DNA from: Acholeplasmataceae bacterium
Lineage (GTDB): Bacteria; Bacillota_I; Bacilli_A; Acholeplasmatales; Acholeplasmataceae
Assembly (NCBI GenBank): GCA_963675245.1
Contig: OY775910.1
Location: forward strand, 1,472,001 to 1,536,000
DNA: 64,000 nt
Direction: 5' to 3'
Made by a program: the position numbers and the translations under genes. Shown one piece after another: positions 1-11,273 of the stretch. The first letter of the stretch is position 1. Every line of letters starts with the position of its first letter. The notes below the pieces were generated by a model. The model saw nothing but the letters and a program-made list of their open reading frames with translations. It did no database searches and was not told where the DNA came from.

Positions 1-120
1 ATCGTTGTGCATAGCATGAAATAAAAGGTACGGATTCTTATCCGGCACCAGATGGTTAATATAGACTTTATGCAGTTTATCAAGTTCGTTTTCATTAACA
101 GAAAGCGTGCAATGTTTCAT
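1..120 (-). CDS. rnhC: Ribonuclease HIII, N-terminal part (continues off the window)
   Basis: Not in ORF track. Minus-strand ATG at 120 with GGAG upstream, reads MKHCTLSVNENELDKLHKVYINHLVPDKNPYLLFHAMHND, like the RNase HIII N-terminal domain; divergent from mutS2 as in Firmicutes. Confidence 0.65.
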   Translation of the reverse strand, partial: MKHCTLSVNENELDKLHKVYINHLVPDKNPYLLFHAMHND

Positions 121-180
121 AGATTTATCGCTCCAATTCCTCTATATTATATCATATTTTTACGAAAAAAGGTGGCACAT

Positions 181-2508
181 ATGCGATTTATGACAAAACA
201 AATTGAACTTAATACTGTTCTTGAAGCGGTTAGTAAACATGCTAAAACAGATAGTGTTAAAAATAGAATTCTAAACTTAAAGCCATCCACCTCATTAGAT
301 GATATCAAATTATCTCTAAATGAAGTTGATAGCCTTCGTTCTTTGATGGTACAAAATAGTCATTTGCCTCTCATTCCTGACTTTGATATACATCAATTAA
401 TAGGATATGCTGCGATTAATCGTAGTTATTCATTAGTGGAAATATTACACGTACGTTTATTTTTAGCGATGGAACGAGATGTTATCCAATATTATAAAAA
501 TGCAATGTCTCAAAAGATTGACGCAGGATCTGTTGCTCATTATTTTCAGTCACTTGTTAGTCATCGCTTTCTTCTAAACGAAATTGATGAGAAAGTTGAT
601 GGTGAAGGAGTCATAAAAGATGATGCAACACCTGAACTACTCCATATCCGAAGACGATTATCAAAACTAGATAAAACGTTACAAGATAAGCTTTCCAAAC
701 TTGTTTCTACTTATAGTAGTTACTTATCAGATCAAGTAATTGTGATGCGTAATGGACGCTTTTGCATTGGCGTCAAGGAAGGTAATAAAAATAGGGTTAA
801 AGGTATTGTTCACGATATATCTTCGAGTGGTCAAACGGTTTACATTGAACCAGATCAAACGAGACAAATTACTGCAGAGATTGAGTCTTTAAAAGTAGAA
901 GAAGTTAAAGAGATTGAGAGAATTGTTGCTATACTATCTCATATGATTCAAGATAACTATGAGTCCCTTTCAGCTAATCTCTTTCAACTTATTGAACTCG
1001 ATTTTATTCAAGCAAAAGCGAATGAAGCGATTCATTTAAACGCTATAGTTCCTCATGTGAATCATGAAGGATTTATCGATTTGAAACGTGCAAAACATCC
1101 ATTATTAGATCAAAAAATAGCTGTTCCTATCTCATTACAGCTAGATAAGCATCATAAAGTTCTTCTCATCACTGGACCAAACACTGGTGGTAAAACAGTT
1201 GCTTTAAAGACACTAGGATTACTGACTTTGATGATGCAATGTGGATTATTGGTTCCTGCAGATCCACATACACATTTATCTGTATTTGATCAAATTTTTG
1301 CAGATATAGGTGATGAACAATCCATCTCACAATCGCTTTCGACATTTTCATCACATCTTACAAAAATAATTAAAATGACGAAAGATGTAAGTGATAAAAC
1401 ACTTATCTTATTAGATGAAATAGGTAGTGGAACAGATCCTAATGAAGGTGTGTCTTTGGCTATTGCTATATTAAACACGTTTAGAAAATATGACGTTAGA
1501 ATGATGGTAACAACTCACTATTCTGAATTAAAACGGTATGCATACGAACAACCAGATATACAAACTGCAAGTGTTGCATTCGATAAAGAAACACTAAAAC
1601 CACTTTATCATATTCATATGGGGACAACAGGTTCTTCTCATGCATTTTTAATCGCTAAAAGATTGGGGTTACCAGAAGAAGTAATTGATGAAGCAAACCA
1701 AATTTATGCTGGTCGACAAACCGATTTAGCAAAATTAATGGAACAATTAAATGATGAGATGGTGGAAGTTCAAGAAGAAAAAGTTGCATTAGAAAATATG
1801 AAAGATTCACTCGCAAAGGAATCTAAATCGTATCAACAAGCAAAACAGGCATTGATTGAAAAACAAGATGATATGCTGAGACGACTTAAAGAAAAAGAAT
1901 TATCAAAATGGGATAAACAAAGGACTGAACTAGCGGATTTACTTGAAGAAATAAAGCAAAAATCGTCATTATCACAACCAGAATACGCTGCCTATAAAAA
2001 CAAGCTTAATCAAAGCCATATTGAAGGTGAACAATCACTAGATGATAGAGAACTGAAGGTTGGCGATGATGTTTTTATCCTTTCATATCAACAATATGGA
2101 ACAATTAAGGCGATTAAAAACAATCAATATGAAGTCGTTTTTGGTAACTTTGATTTAACCTTTAAACGTACTGATCTTAGGAAAGATCAAGTTAAGAAAA
2201 AGAAACAAACCATATCATCTGTAAAAAAAGCCAAAAAAGATCCAACTACGCTACCAAAAAGAGAAGCTTCTTTAGAACTAGATTTAAGAGGATTTCGTTA
2301 TGAAGAAGTTGATTCAGAACTCGATCAAGCAATAGATCGTGCGATGTTATCTGGCTTAAGGACACTTCGTGTTATTCATGGCTTTGGTACTGGTGCTGTT
2401 AGAAAAGCTGTGCAAGCATATATTAAGCATTCACCTTATATTCAGTCTTCAAGATTTGGGGGAGAAGGTGAAGGGTTAAATGGAGTTACGATATTGACTT
2501 TAAAGTAA
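181..2508 (+). CDS. mutS2: Endonuclease MutS2
   Basis: Walker A GPNTGGKT, QSLSTFSSH, LLDEIGSGTDP, coiled coil, C-terminal Smr domain (LDLRG, IHGFGTG); start moved to ATG 181 after AAGGTGG. Confidence 0.95.
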   Translation: MRFMTKQIELNTVLEAVSKHAKTDSVKNRILNLKPSTSLDDIKLSLNEVDSLRSLMVQNSHLPLIPDFDIHQLIGYAAINRSYSLVEILHVRLFLAMERDVIQYYKNAMSQKIDAGSVAHYFQSLVSHRFLLNEIDEKVDGEGVIKDDATPELLHIRRRLSKLDKTLQDKLSKLVSTYSSYLSDQVIVMRNGRFCIGVKEGNKNRVKGIVHDISSSGQTVYIEPDQTRQITAEIESLKVEEVKEIERIVAILSHMIQDNYESLSANLFQLIELDFIQAKANEAIHLNAIVPHVNHEGFIDLKRAKHPLLDQKIAVPISLQLDKHHKVLLITGPNTGGKTVALKTLGLLTLMMQCGLLVPADPHTHLSVFDQIFADIGDEQSISQSLSTFSSHLTKIIKMTKDVSDKTLILLDEIGSGTDPNEGVSLAIAILNTFRKYDVRMMVTTHYSELKRYAYEQPDIQTASVAFDKETLKPLYHIHMGTTGSSHAFLIAKRLGLPEEVIDEANQIYAGRQTDLAKLMEQLNDEMVEVQEEKVALENMKDSLAKESKSYQQAKQALIEKQDDMLRRLKEKELSKWDKQRTELADLLEEIKQKSSLSQPEYAAYKNKLNQSHIEGEQSLDDRELKVGDDVFILSYQQYGTIKAIKNNQYEVVFGNFDLTFKRTDLRKDQVKKKKQTISSVKKAKKDPTTLPKREASLELDLRGFRYEEVDSELDQAIDRAMLSGLRTLRVIHGFGTGAVRKAVQAYIKHSPYIQSSRFGGEGEGLNGVTILTLK

Positions 2509-2586
2509 ACATTCTACTTGAAAAAATAATAAAAAAGAATATAATAGAAATATAAAAGAAATTTATTAAGAAATGAGGAAAATTTA

Positions 2587-2895
2587 ATGACTGACTATCA
2601 AGGACAGCCATACGAACAAGTCGTTGGCAGACAGGGATTGACTGTTGTTCAATATTATGCAACATGGTGTGGTCCATGTAAAATGTTAAAGCCTGTATTA
2701 GAATCATTAAGTACAGAAATGGAAAATACGTCATTCTATCGTGTTGATATCGATTTATATCGTAATCAAGCTATTGAAGCTGGTATTCGTAGTGTTCCAA
2801 CTGTCGTTCTATACAAAGATGGGGAAGAAGTTGCACGTACAAGTGGTTATCAACCAAAAGAACGTGTTCAAGCTTGGATTGATCAAAATCGCTAA
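2587..2895 (+). CDS. trxA: Thioredoxin
   Basis: WCGPC active site, 102 aa. Confidence 0.95.
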   Translation: MTDYQGQPYEQVVGRQGLTVVQYYATWCGPCKMLKPVLESLSTEMENTSFYRVDIDLYRNQAIEAGIRSVPTVVLYKDGEEVARTSGYQPKERVQAWIDQNR

Positions 2896-2902
2896 TTAAG
2901 AG

Positions 2903-2924
2903 AAAGCACTTAGTGCTTTTTTTT
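2903..2924 (+). terminator. Intrinsic terminator after trxA
   Basis: AAAGCAC-tta-GTGCTTT plus T run. Confidence 0.8.
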
Positions 2925-2962
2925 ATATGCCATAACTGGTATAATATTACGTGGTGAAAGTG

Positions 2963-3808
2963 ATGGACGGTATATTTCTAGTCGATAAGCCAACAGGCGT
3001 AACATCTCATGATGTTGTAAGACATATTAAGCATAAATTTCAATTAAAAAAGGTTGGGCATACCGGTACACTTGATCCATTCGCAAGTGGCCTTCTTATT
3101 GTCTGTGTTGGTAAAGCGACTAAAATGTCCAATTTACTTTCTTCAAATGATAAATCATACACAGGTACAATCGTATTTGGGAATCATTATGATACTTATG
3201 ATACTACAGGCAACATCATGAAAGAAAATGCGGTTCTAGTCAACAAAGATGATGTTTTAGAAGCGATGCAATCGTTTATCGGTGGATATGATCAAGAACC
3301 GCCTATGCATTCAGCAATCAAGATTGATGGTCAGAAATTATATAAACTAGCACATCAAGGAAAATCAATTGAACGTCCCAAAAGACGGGTCAATATTGAG
3401 AAATTTGAGTTATTGTCGTTTAGAAATAATGAACTTGATTTTGAAGTTCATGTTTCTAAAGGCACATATATAAGGAGTTTAGCGGTAGATTTAGCACAAA
3501 AACTTCATACATATGGTGCCTTATCTGTTTTAAGAAGAACAACAATTGGTGAATACCATATTGATCATGCACATTCTCTTGAAGACATCACATTAGAGGA
3601 TATGATAACACTTGAAGATTTTTTTAGTCACTATCCTAAACTAGTGTTGAATGATTATATGATTAATCTAGTGAAAAATGGTGTTATGCTAGACGAAAGA
3701 CAAACGACTGTGAAGCATGCGTTTATTGTCGTCGATAGTTTGAATAACTATATTGCATATTATGAACCAACGAATGACAATACATATAAACCATTGATAA
3801 TCTTTTAG
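2963..3808 (+). CDS. truB: tRNA pseudouridine(55) synthase
   Basis: KVGHTGTLDPFASG, SKGTYIRSL; upstream of ribF. Confidence 0.95.
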   Translation: MDGIFLVDKPTGVTSHDVVRHIKHKFQLKKVGHTGTLDPFASGLLIVCVGKATKMSNLLSSNDKSYTGTIVFGNHYDTYDTTGNIMKENAVLVNKDDVLEAMQSFIGGYDQEPPMHSAIKIDGQKLYKLAHQGKSIERPKRRVNIEKFELLSFRNNELDFEVHVSKGTYIRSLAVDLAQKLHTYGALSVLRRTTIGEYHIDHAHSLEDITLEDMITLEDFFSHYPKLVLNDYMINLVKNGVMLDERQTTVKHAFIVVDSLNNYIAYYEPTNDNTYKPLIIF

Positions 3809-3816
3809 GAGCAACT

Positions 3817-4722
3817 ATGAAAATATATTATAATACATTTGATCAAATCAAGAATCGTAAATCGTTAACACTCACATTTGGAAACTTTGATGGTCTTCAT
3901 AAAGGTCATCAGCAGCTTATTGAACGTGTTTTGAAGTATAAAGACACGAAACATGCGATTCTAACGTTTGATCCTCATCCTTCCTCCATATTACGGAATC
4001 AAACATTTAAAACATTGTCTCAAAAATTAGACAAAATTGATTTAATCTCACAATATCCTATAGACTTTGCATTCATCGTGAAATTTGATCGACAATTTTC
4101 AGAATTAAGTGTAGATGAATTCATTAGATTTTTAAAGCAACTTTCAGTGAAAAGACTTGTTTTAGGGCGTGATGCAAGATTCGCGTTTCGTGGACAGGGA
4201 ACCATCGAAGATTTGCGTAAAAGTTTTGTGGTAGATGTTGTTCCTGAGTTGGTATTTGATAATATACGTGTTTCGACGACATACATTAAAGATTTTCTTC
4301 AAAATGGTGACTTATCTTCCGCTGAAGAGTTACTAGGAAGAAAGTATACCGTAAGAGGAGATGTAGAACACGGTGATAAAGTGGGCAAATTATTGGGATT
4401 TCCAACAGCCAATGTCAATTATGGTAATTACTTTTTACCGCGTGTAGGCGTTTATTACGTTAAAGTAAAAGTTGAAGGAAAACCTTATAATGGGATGGCA
4501 AATATTGGTTATAACCCGACGATAAATTATTCAAATGAGAAACGACTCGAAATTTTTATTTTTAATTTTAAAAAGGAAATTTATCATAAACATATGGAAG
4601 TTACATTCATTCAATATATCCGTGATGAAATTAAGTTTAAAAACAAAGAATCGCTTATCAAACAGTTAAAACAGGATGAAGTGACAGTTAAAAATCTCAT
4701 AGATTTGGAAGTCGTGGTATAA
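3817..4722 (+). CDS. ribF: Bifunctional riboflavin kinase/FAD synthetase
   Basis: GNFDGLHKGH, VSTTYIK, GFPTAN. Confidence 0.95.
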   Translation: MKIYYNTFDQIKNRKSLTLTFGNFDGLHKGHQQLIERVLKYKDTKHAILTFDPHPSSILRNQTFKTLSQKLDKIDLISQYPIDFAFIVKFDRQFSELSVDEFIRFLKQLSVKRLVLGRDARFAFRGQGTIEDLRKSFVVDVVPELVFDNIRVSTTYIKDFLQNGDLSSAEELLGRKYTVRGDVEHGDKVGKLLGFPTANVNYGNYFLPRVGVYYVKVKVEGKPYNGMANIGYNPTINYSNEKRLEIFIFNFKKEIYHKHMEVTFIQYIRDEIKFKNKESLIKQLKQDEVTVKNLIDLEVVV

Positions 4723-4743
4723 TTATATAAAGGAAGTGAGACT

Positions 4744-5067
4744 ATGAAATTAATCATTGCTATCGTATCAAATGATGATGCAAATAAAGTTCAAAAAGCA
4801 CTAGTTAAAGAGAAGTTTTTCTCTACCCGTTTGGCAACTACAGGTGGTTTTTTAAGAGCTGGAAATGTAACGTTTATGATCGGTGTTAATGATGAGAAAG
4901 TACCGCAAGCATTGGAAGTGATTGAAGCTCACAGTAAAAAGAGAGCAAAATTAGTTCCGAATACCATAGTTAACGAATTTGGATCATTCACTGCTTTACC
5001 TATTGAAGTTGAAGTTGGTGGTGCCACTGTGTTTGTGGTCAGTGTTGATCAATTCATTAAAATTTAA
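4744..5067 (+). CDS. darA: Cyclic-di-AMP receptor, PII-like (DarA/PstA)
   Basis: MKLIIAIV, TRLATTGGFLRAGN, VEVGGATVFV. Confidence 0.9.
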   Translation: MKLIIAIVSNDDANKVQKALVKEKFFSTRLATTGGFLRAGNVTFMIGVNDEKVPQALEVIEAHSKKRAKLVPNTIVNEFGSFTALPIEVEVGGATVFVVSVDQFIKI

Positions 5068-5076
5068 ATAAAAACC

Positions 5077-5173
5077 TTGCATATTATTAATAATATGCTA
5101 AAATATAGAAGGCGATAACAAGGTTATGGGTATGCCACCCCTTACTTTAGTTACTCGAGAAAGGACACACACA
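5077..5173 (+). promoter_or_regulatory. rpsO promoter and structured 5' leader (putative S15 autoregulatory leader)
   Basis: TTGCAT-16-TAAAAT with TG extension; leader hairpin CGA/TAAC/AAGG/GGGT pairing with ACCC/CTTT/GTTA/TCG just before the RBS. Confidence 0.5.
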
Positions 5174-5443
5174 ATGGCACTAAGTAAAGAAACGAAACAG
5201 GCTATCATCAAGGAATACGCGGTTAAAGAAGGCGACACTGGTTCTCCAGAAGTCCAAATCGCAGTATTAACAGCTAACATTAACAGCCTCAATGGTCATC
5301 TTCAAACACACATCCATGATTTTCACTCACGTCGCGGTTTATATAAGATGATTGGACAAAGACGTCGTTTACTAAACTATTTACGTAATAATGATGTTAA
5401 TCGTTATCAAGTTCTAATTCAAAAACTTGGTTTACGTAAGTAA
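5174..5443 (+). CDS. rpsO: 30S ribosomal protein S15
   Basis: [22 protein letters not shown]; start at MALSKE (89 aa). Confidence 0.97.
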   Translation: MALSKETKQAIIKEYAVKEGDTGSPEVQIAVLTANINSLNGHLQTHIHDFHSRRGLYKMIGQRRRLLNYLRNNDVNRYQVLIQKLGLRK

Positions 5444-5468
5444 AAAGGTTGCCTAGCAGCCTTTTTTT
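5442..5468 (+). terminator. Intrinsic terminator after rpsO
   Basis: AAAAAGGTTGC-cta-GCAGCCTTTTTTT. Confidence 0.85.
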
Positions 5469-5591
5469 CTTGAAAAAATGATAAAAACAGCGTATATCAT
5501 CAAGTGACTTTTTAGTCATTTTATGGTATCATAGTTTGGATATATAAAAACAAAAAATCGAAAGATATAAAATGAAGGAGATTTTATATTC

Positions 5592-7796
5592 ATGCAAAAA
5601 AAAGTTTATGAAACAACATTAGGTGGTAGACCTCTAATTGTTGAACTAGGAGAAATGGCAAAGCAAGCAAATGGTGCCGCTATTATCCGTTATGGTGAGT
5701 CTACAGTATTAAGTGTTGTCACAGCAAAAACAGAAGAATCATACCAAGACTTTTTCCCTTTAATGGTGATATATCAGGAAAAACTTTATGCAGCTGGTAA
5801 AATACCTGGTGGTTTCTTAAGAAGAGAAGGTCGTCCATCAGAACACGAAACATTGACATCAAGATTAATTGATAGACCACTTAGACCGTTATTTCCTGTA
5901 GGATTTAAAAATGAAGTGCAAGTTGTCAATACAGTTATATCAAGTGATCAAGATTGTACACCTGAGATGGCTGCAATGTTTGGATCTTCACTCGTTTTAA
6001 GTATTTCAAATATTCCATTCACGATGCCTATTGCAGGAGTTCAAGTAGGACGTATTGATGGTGAACTTATCTTAAATCCAACACCTGAACAACAAGAAGA
6101 ATCAGATATTGACTTAATTGTAGCAGGTACAAAAGAAGCAATTAACATGGTTGAAGCTGGTGCTAAACAAGTAAGTGAAGCAGATATGTTAGAAGCAATT
6201 TTATTTGCACACGATGCAATTAAAGCACTTATTGCATTCCAAGAAAAAATTATTTCAGATAATCCTACTGACAAAATGTCATTTACAAAACTTGAAATTG
6301 ATGATGATCTTAAAAAAGTTTTATATGAGACATATGAAGATCGTTTGATTAAAGCAGTTTCAATTTTTGATAAGTTAGAGCGTTATCATGCCATCGATGC
6401 ACTTCGCGATGAAGCGGTAGAAACACTTGGAAATAAAGCTTTCTTCAAGACAGTTGAAGGACATCAAGTGTTTGATGAAAAAGCGCATAAAGATTATATT
6501 AAACAAGTTAAATTCTTAGTGGATGCGATTGTTACTGCGGAAGTAAGACGTTTAATTACAGAAGATAAAGTGAGACCAGATGGTCGTAAGGTTGACGAAA
6601 TAAGACCTCTTGACTCTAAAATTGATTTATTACCAAGAGCACATGGTTCAGCATTATTTACACGTGGTCAAACACAAGCTTTAGGCACGACCACACTTGG
6701 TTCATTAGGTGAAAACCAGATTATTGATGGACTTGGTGATGAAGATACAAAACGCTTCATGCTTCACTATAACTTTCCACCATTCTCAGTTGGTGAAACA
6801 GGACGTTATGGTTCACCAGGACGTCGTGAAATTGGTCATGGTGCACTAGGACAACGTGCTTTATTACAAGTTTTACCTGATGAGGAATCATTCCCATATT
6901 CAATCCGTATCGTATCTGAAATTCTTGAATCTAATGGATCATCATCACAAGCAACAATTTGTGCTGGTTCATTATCATTAATGGCTGCTGGTGTGCCAAT
7001 TCAAGCGCCAGTTGCAGGAATTGCAATGGGACTTATCATGGAAGGTAAGAACTATACAATTCTCACAGATATTCAAGGTATGGAAGACCATGAAGGCGAT
7101 ATGGACTTTAAAGTTGCTGGTACGACAAAAGGTATTACAGCACTTCAAATGGATATTAAAATTGATGGTATCACAAGAGAAATTTTAGAAGAAGCATTAG
7201 AACAAGCTAAAGTTGCTCGTTTAGAAATTCTTGATCATATGTCAACTGTTATTGCTACACCAAGACAAGAACTCTCTAAATATGCACCTAAGGTTAAGAT
7301 GATTCGTGTTAATCCAGATAAGATTAAGGATATCATTGGTGCTGGTGGTAAAATTATTAATCAAATTATTGAAGACAACAATAACGTTAAGATTGATATC
7401 GAACAAGATGGTCGTGTCTTCTTGATGCATATGGAATCTAAATGGACGGAATCAGCTGCTGAATACATTCTAAATATCGTTAGAGAAGTTGAAGTTGGTA
7501 AAATCTATGAAGGTAAAGTCATGCGTATTGAAAAATATGGTTGTTTTGTAGAATTGTGGCCAGGTACTGATGGATTAGTTCATATTTCACGTATCGCAAA
7601 AGAGCGTATTGAAAAAGTGGAGGATGTCTTATCAGTTGGCGATCAAATTATGGTTAAATGTATCGGTGTAGATGATAGAGGACGTATTGATTTATCTCGT
7701 AAAGATGCACTTCCAGGTGCTGATAGCAGTGATGATAAATCATTCAAAAAAGATCATAAACCACGTGGTAAAAGACCAGAACATAAAGATAATTAA
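5592..7796 (+). CDS. pnp: Polyribonucleotide nucleotidyltransferase
   Basis: [29 protein letters not shown] and S1 domains. Confidence 0.98.
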   Translation: MQKKVYETTLGGRPLIVELGEMAKQANGAAIIRYGESTVLSVVTAKTEESYQDFFPLMVIYQEKLYAAGKIPGGFLRREGRPSEHETLTSRLIDRPLRPLFPVGFKNEVQVVNTVISSDQDCTPEMAAMFGSSLVLSISNIPFTMPIAGVQVGRIDGELILNPTPEQQEESDIDLIVAGTKEAINMVEAGAKQVSEADMLEAILFAHDAIKALIAFQEKIISDNPTDKMSFTKLEIDDDLKKVLYETYEDRLIKAVSIFDKLERYHAIDALRDEAVETLGNKAFFKTVEGHQVFDEKAHKDYIKQVKFLVDAIVTAEVRRLITEDKVRPDGRKVDEIRPLDSKIDLLPRAHGSALFTRGQTQALGTTTLGSLGENQIIDGLGDEDTKRFMLHYNFPPFSVGETGRYGSPGRREIGHGALGQRALLQVLPDEESFPYSIRIVSEILESNGSSSQATICAGSLSLMAAGVPIQAPVAGIAMGLIMEGKNYTILTDIQGMEDHEGDMDFKVAGTTKGITALQMDIKIDGITREILEEALEQAKVARLEILDHMSTVIATPRQELSKYAPKVKMIRVNPDKIKDIIGAGGKIINQIIEDNNNVKIDIEQDGRVFLMHMESKWTESAAEYILNIVREVEVGKIYEGKVMRIEKYGCFVELWPGTDGLVHISRIAKERIEKVEDVLSVGDQIMVKCIGVDDRGRIDLSRKDALPGADSSDDKSFKKDHKPRGKRPEHKDN

Positions 7797-7832
7797 TATT
7801 GTCACATAAAACAATTAGTGATAGAATTAAGA

Positions 7833-8166
7833 TGTTAGCCGAAGGTGATCGAGCCTTTTAAAGGTTAGGAAAGTCCATGCTAGCACATTCTGAGATGAAT
7901 GTAGTGTTTGTGCCTAAGGAAACAATAACTTAGGGTACGAAAGTAACGGCGCGAGATGCCTAAAGGAAACCATGGCTAATCGCATAACGTGCCACAGAGA
8001 CGAGCAATTTGGAAACAAATTGATGAAACGCGGTAAACCCCTCAAGCTAGCAACCCAAATTTGGTAGGGGCATATGCAGAAACCAAATGAAGTTGATGCA
8101 TGCTACTATGTAGAGATAAATGATCACACCCTTATGGGAACAGAACATGGCTTATGCAAGCTAACA
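7833..8166 (+). ncRNA. rnpB: RNase P RNA, bacterial type B
   Basis: GGAAAGTCCATGCTAGCAC, GTGCCACAGAGACG, AAACGCGGTAAACCCC, ACAGAACATGGCTTA; P1 TGTTAGC/GCTAACA; promoter TTGTCA-17-TAGAAT at 7799-7827. Confidence 0.95.
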
Positions 8167-8169
8167 ATT

Positions 8170-8193
8170 AAAAGGTCCTTACGGACCTTTTTT
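8170..8193 (+). terminator. Intrinsic terminator after rnpB
   Basis: AAAAGGTCC-ttac-GGACCTTTTTT. Confidence 0.9.
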
Positions 8194-8230
8194 CATTCTT
8201 TTTACATGGTATAATATATAAGGAAGGGAT

Positions 8231-9553
8231 GTGACAGTAATGCCACTCTGGCTAAATTTTCTTATCATATTTATCCTTATATTAATTAACGGCTTTTTTG
8301 CTGCTGCTGAAATGGCATTAGTTTCTGCTAACAAACATCGTATAAAGCAATTAGCTGAACATGGTGATAAACGAGCGAAACGGGTCATGAATTTAACAAT
8401 TGATTCAACAAAATATCTATCAACAATCCAAGTTGCTATTACATTTGCAGGATTTTTATCTTCGGCACTAGCTGGTTCTAATTTATCAGATGATGTTGTT
8501 TTATTTTTTAGTTATATAGGCATATCAATGCACCAGACAATAGCTATGATAATTGTTACCCTCTTACTCTCGTTTGTGACGCTTGTTTTAGGAGAATTAG
8601 TCCCTAAACGATTAGCAATGTCACATGCTGATCAATATGCTCGATTTTCAAGTGGTGTTGTTCATGCGCTCATGGTTATATTTAAACCTTTTGTTTGGTT
8701 ATTGACGGTTGTTACTGACGGTGTTTTAAAGCTATTTGGTCAAAGAAAACAAACAGATGAAGAACGCTTAACTGAAGATGAAATTAAAGGTTATATATTA
8801 AGAGGTCAATTAGAAGGTCTTTATCGAAAAGAAGAAAAAGAAATGATTGACAATATATTTAAATTTGACGATTTAAAGGCCAGTCAAGTGATGGTTCCAA
8901 GAACAAAAGTATTTGCCTTATCCATGCATCATCCAAAATTAATGGATGAAATCGCGAAATCTTCATATTCACGTGTCGTAATTTATGATAAAAATATTGA
9001 TGACATCGAGGGTATTATTCACGTAAAAGATGTATTTTATGCAGCTAAGAAAAATGGGTTTGAACATGTGGATATCAAATCATTAATAAGAAAACCGACG
9101 TATATACCTGAGGACATGCCAATTAAACAGGTTTTTACAACGCTGAAATCAAAAAATATACAGTTTTCGATTCTTGTGGATGAATATGGTGGCACAGTTG
9201 GTATCTTGACGATGGAAGACATAGTAGAAGAAGTTGTTGGTAATCTGTATGATGAACATGATGTTATGGATATATCTATTAAAAAAATTAAACCTCACAT
9301 CTATCTAGTTAAAGGCGATGCTCAAATTCAAGATATTAATCGTAAAATTGGTATCAATATTGATGAGCATGATGAAAGATTTGACACATTAAATGGTTTA
9401 ATTATCACATTAATTCAGAAAATTCCAACGGAAGAAGATCTTTTAACGATTGATTATAAAAACATCATGATTAGAATTGAAAAAGTCGTAGACCGAACTG
9501 TTAAATTTGCTGTTATAGAGAAAAAAGTTGGTAACAAAAATGATAACAACTAA
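8231..9553 (+). CDS. HlyC/CorC (CNNM/CorB) family transporter: DUF21 + CBS pair + CorC domain
   Basis: NGFFAAAEMALVS, LGELVPK, MVPRT, VDEYGGTVGILTMEDIVEE. Confidence 0.92.
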   Translation: MTVMPLWLNFLIIFILILINGFFAAAEMALVSANKHRIKQLAEHGDKRAKRVMNLTIDSTKYLSTIQVAITFAGFLSSALAGSNLSDDVVLFFSYIGISMHQTIAMIIVTLLLSFVTLVLGELVPKRLAMSHADQYARFSSGVVHALMVIFKPFVWLLTVVTDGVLKLFGQRKQTDEERLTEDEIKGYILRGQLEGLYRKEEKEMIDNIFKFDDLKASQVMVPRTKVFALSMHHPKLMDEIAKSSYSRVVIYDKNIDDIEGIIHVKDVFYAAKKNGFEHVDIKSLIRKPTYIPEDMPIKQVFTTLKSKNIQFSILVDEYGGTVGILTMEDIVEEVVGNLYDEHDVMDISIKKIKPHIYLVKGDAQIQDINRKIGINIDEHDERFDTLNGLIITLIQKIPTEEDLLTIDYKNIMIRIEKVVDRTVKFAVIEKKVGNKNDNN

Positions 9554-10184
9554 CCTGTATTATAAGAAAATAGGGCAAGGTTATCCATTGATTATGCTGC
9601 ATGGTAATGGTGAAAATATCGATACATTATTATCATTAGGGGAAGCTCTGTCTACTGATTTTCTTGTTTATTTAGTGGATTCAAGTGGTCATGGGAAAAG
9701 TCCTGGTGAAATCCATACTACCTACGATGAGATGGCAGAAGATCTTATCCATTTCATGGTACAGAATCGTATAAATAAAGCACATATATTCGGTTATTCT
9801 GATGGTGCAATCGTAGCTTTAAAAGCAACCATCACACATCCTCATTTATTCAATAAACTCATATTGTGTGGTATGAATATTAGCCCTGACGGTTTAATTG
9901 ATGAGAGTATTAATGAGATTAAAGAGAGTTATTTAAAAGAAAAGAACCCACTTCACAAATTAATGTTAGAAGGTCCTATTTTTAACGTATCAGATTTAGA
10001 ACATATCGAACACAAAATTACACTCTATTTTGGTGAGCATGATGCGATAAAGATAGCACATCAACATCTAATACACCAACTATTAAAGCACAGTGATTTG
10101 CATATTATGAATCATGAATCACACGGTAGTTATATCTGCTATTCAAACAAGCTTTCTAAAGAATTGAAAATGCTCTTAAAATAA
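9540..10184 (+). CDS. Alpha/beta hydrolase
   Basis: LHGNG, GHGKS, GYSDG nucleophile elbow. Confidence 0.85.
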   Translation: MITTNLYYKKIGQGYPLIMLHGNGENIDTLLSLGEALSTDFLVYLVDSSGHGKSPGEIHTTYDEMAEDLIHFMVQNRINKAHIFGYSDGAIVALKATITHPHLFNKLILCGMNISPDGLIDESINEIKESYLKEKNPLHKLMLEGPIFNVSDLEHIEHKITLYFGEHDAIKIAHQHLIHQLLKHSDLHIMNHESHGSYICYSNKLSKELKMLLK

Positions 10185-11151
10185 TATATGCAATATATGA
10201 AATATACAAGAATAACAGTATCATACCTTCAAGTTTTGATAACTGTTTTTTTGTTAATGTTAAGACGAAAATTAGTACCGTTAAACCAATCACGATTACC
10301 ATATCAATAATCACATCACCATTTAAACCAAGTGGTGTTATAACACCAGCAAAGCCAACCACTAATAAGCTATTAAAAATATTTGAACCGATGACATTAC
10401 CTAATGCGATATCACCTTCATTTTTACTAGCCGCTACCACAGAAGTGACTAGTTCAGGTAAAGAGGTTCCTAAGGCAACCACTGATAAACCAATCAGGGT
10501 TTTTGCATCAGATTCAAGGACACCTAATAGATCTGTAAGGATTTGAAGAGATAGAAATTCAGCAGAATTTGTTACTAAAATACCACCTAAAGTGACGCCA
10601 GCCAAGCCAATAATTAGTAAAATAATAGCTTTTTTGTTAGATATAATGTGAATTTCTTCCACTAATATTTCCTCATGCTCGCTCTTAGCCATGATAATCA
10701 TATAAGCGATAAAACAAACCAGAAGAATAAGTGCTTCCCACCATACAATCTTATAATCACTTTGAAAATAGAGTGCAAACAAAAATAGTAGGATGGATAC
10801 ACCAAGAAGAAAAGGGAATTCTCTTCTTTTAATTGTTTTATGAACGATGATTGGCATCATGACTGCACTCGCACCTAAGATAAGCGTAATATTTGCCACA
10901 TTAGATCCGACAATATTTCCCATTGCAATATCTGCAGATACACCTTGTATACTCGCATTTAATGCAGCAGTTACACTTACCGCAAGTTCTGGTAAAGATG
11001 TACCAAAAGCAACTAGTGTAAGTCCAATAATAAGGGTAGGAACTTTTAATTTTTTAGCGATAGATGCCGATGATTCAACAAAAAAATCAGCACCTTTTAT
11101 AAGTAGGATAAACCCTACAATTAAATATAATACATTTAAAAAAATTGGCAT
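10156..11151 (-). CDS. Calcium/sodium antiporter (CaCA, YrbG-like)
   Basis: Two alpha repeats GTSLPEL...GNIVGSN and GTSLPEL...GNVIGSN. Confidence 0.92.
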   Translation of the reverse strand: MPIFLNVLYLIVGFILLIKGADFFVESSASIAKKLKVPTLIIGLTLVAFGTSLPELAVSVTAALNASIQGVSADIAMGNIVGSNVANITLILGASAVMMPIIVHKTIKRREFPFLLGVSILLFLFALYFQSDYKIVWWEALILLVCFIAYMIIMAKSEHEEILVEEIHIISNKKAIILLIIGLAGVTLGGILVTNSAEFLSLQILTDLLGVLESDAKTLIGLSVVALGTSLPELVTSVVAASKNEGDIALGNVIGSNIFNSLLVVGFAGVITPLGLNGDVIIDMVIVIGLTVLIFVLTLTKKQLSKLEGMILLFLYISYIAYIILRAFSIL

Positions 11152-11273
11152 AACCTAGACCCCTATTTCTATATGATATCATCACCAAGTAACTGTTAAT
11201 CATTTTAGCATATTTTCATATTCTTAACAAGTCAAGTTCACTCAAAGAATTTGCTATAAAATCCCTTCTTTAT

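Noticed and set aside
52..180. N-terminal extension of MutS2 in the ORF track
   Set aside because: Overlaps the divergent rnhC start and promoter region; RBS supports ATG 181
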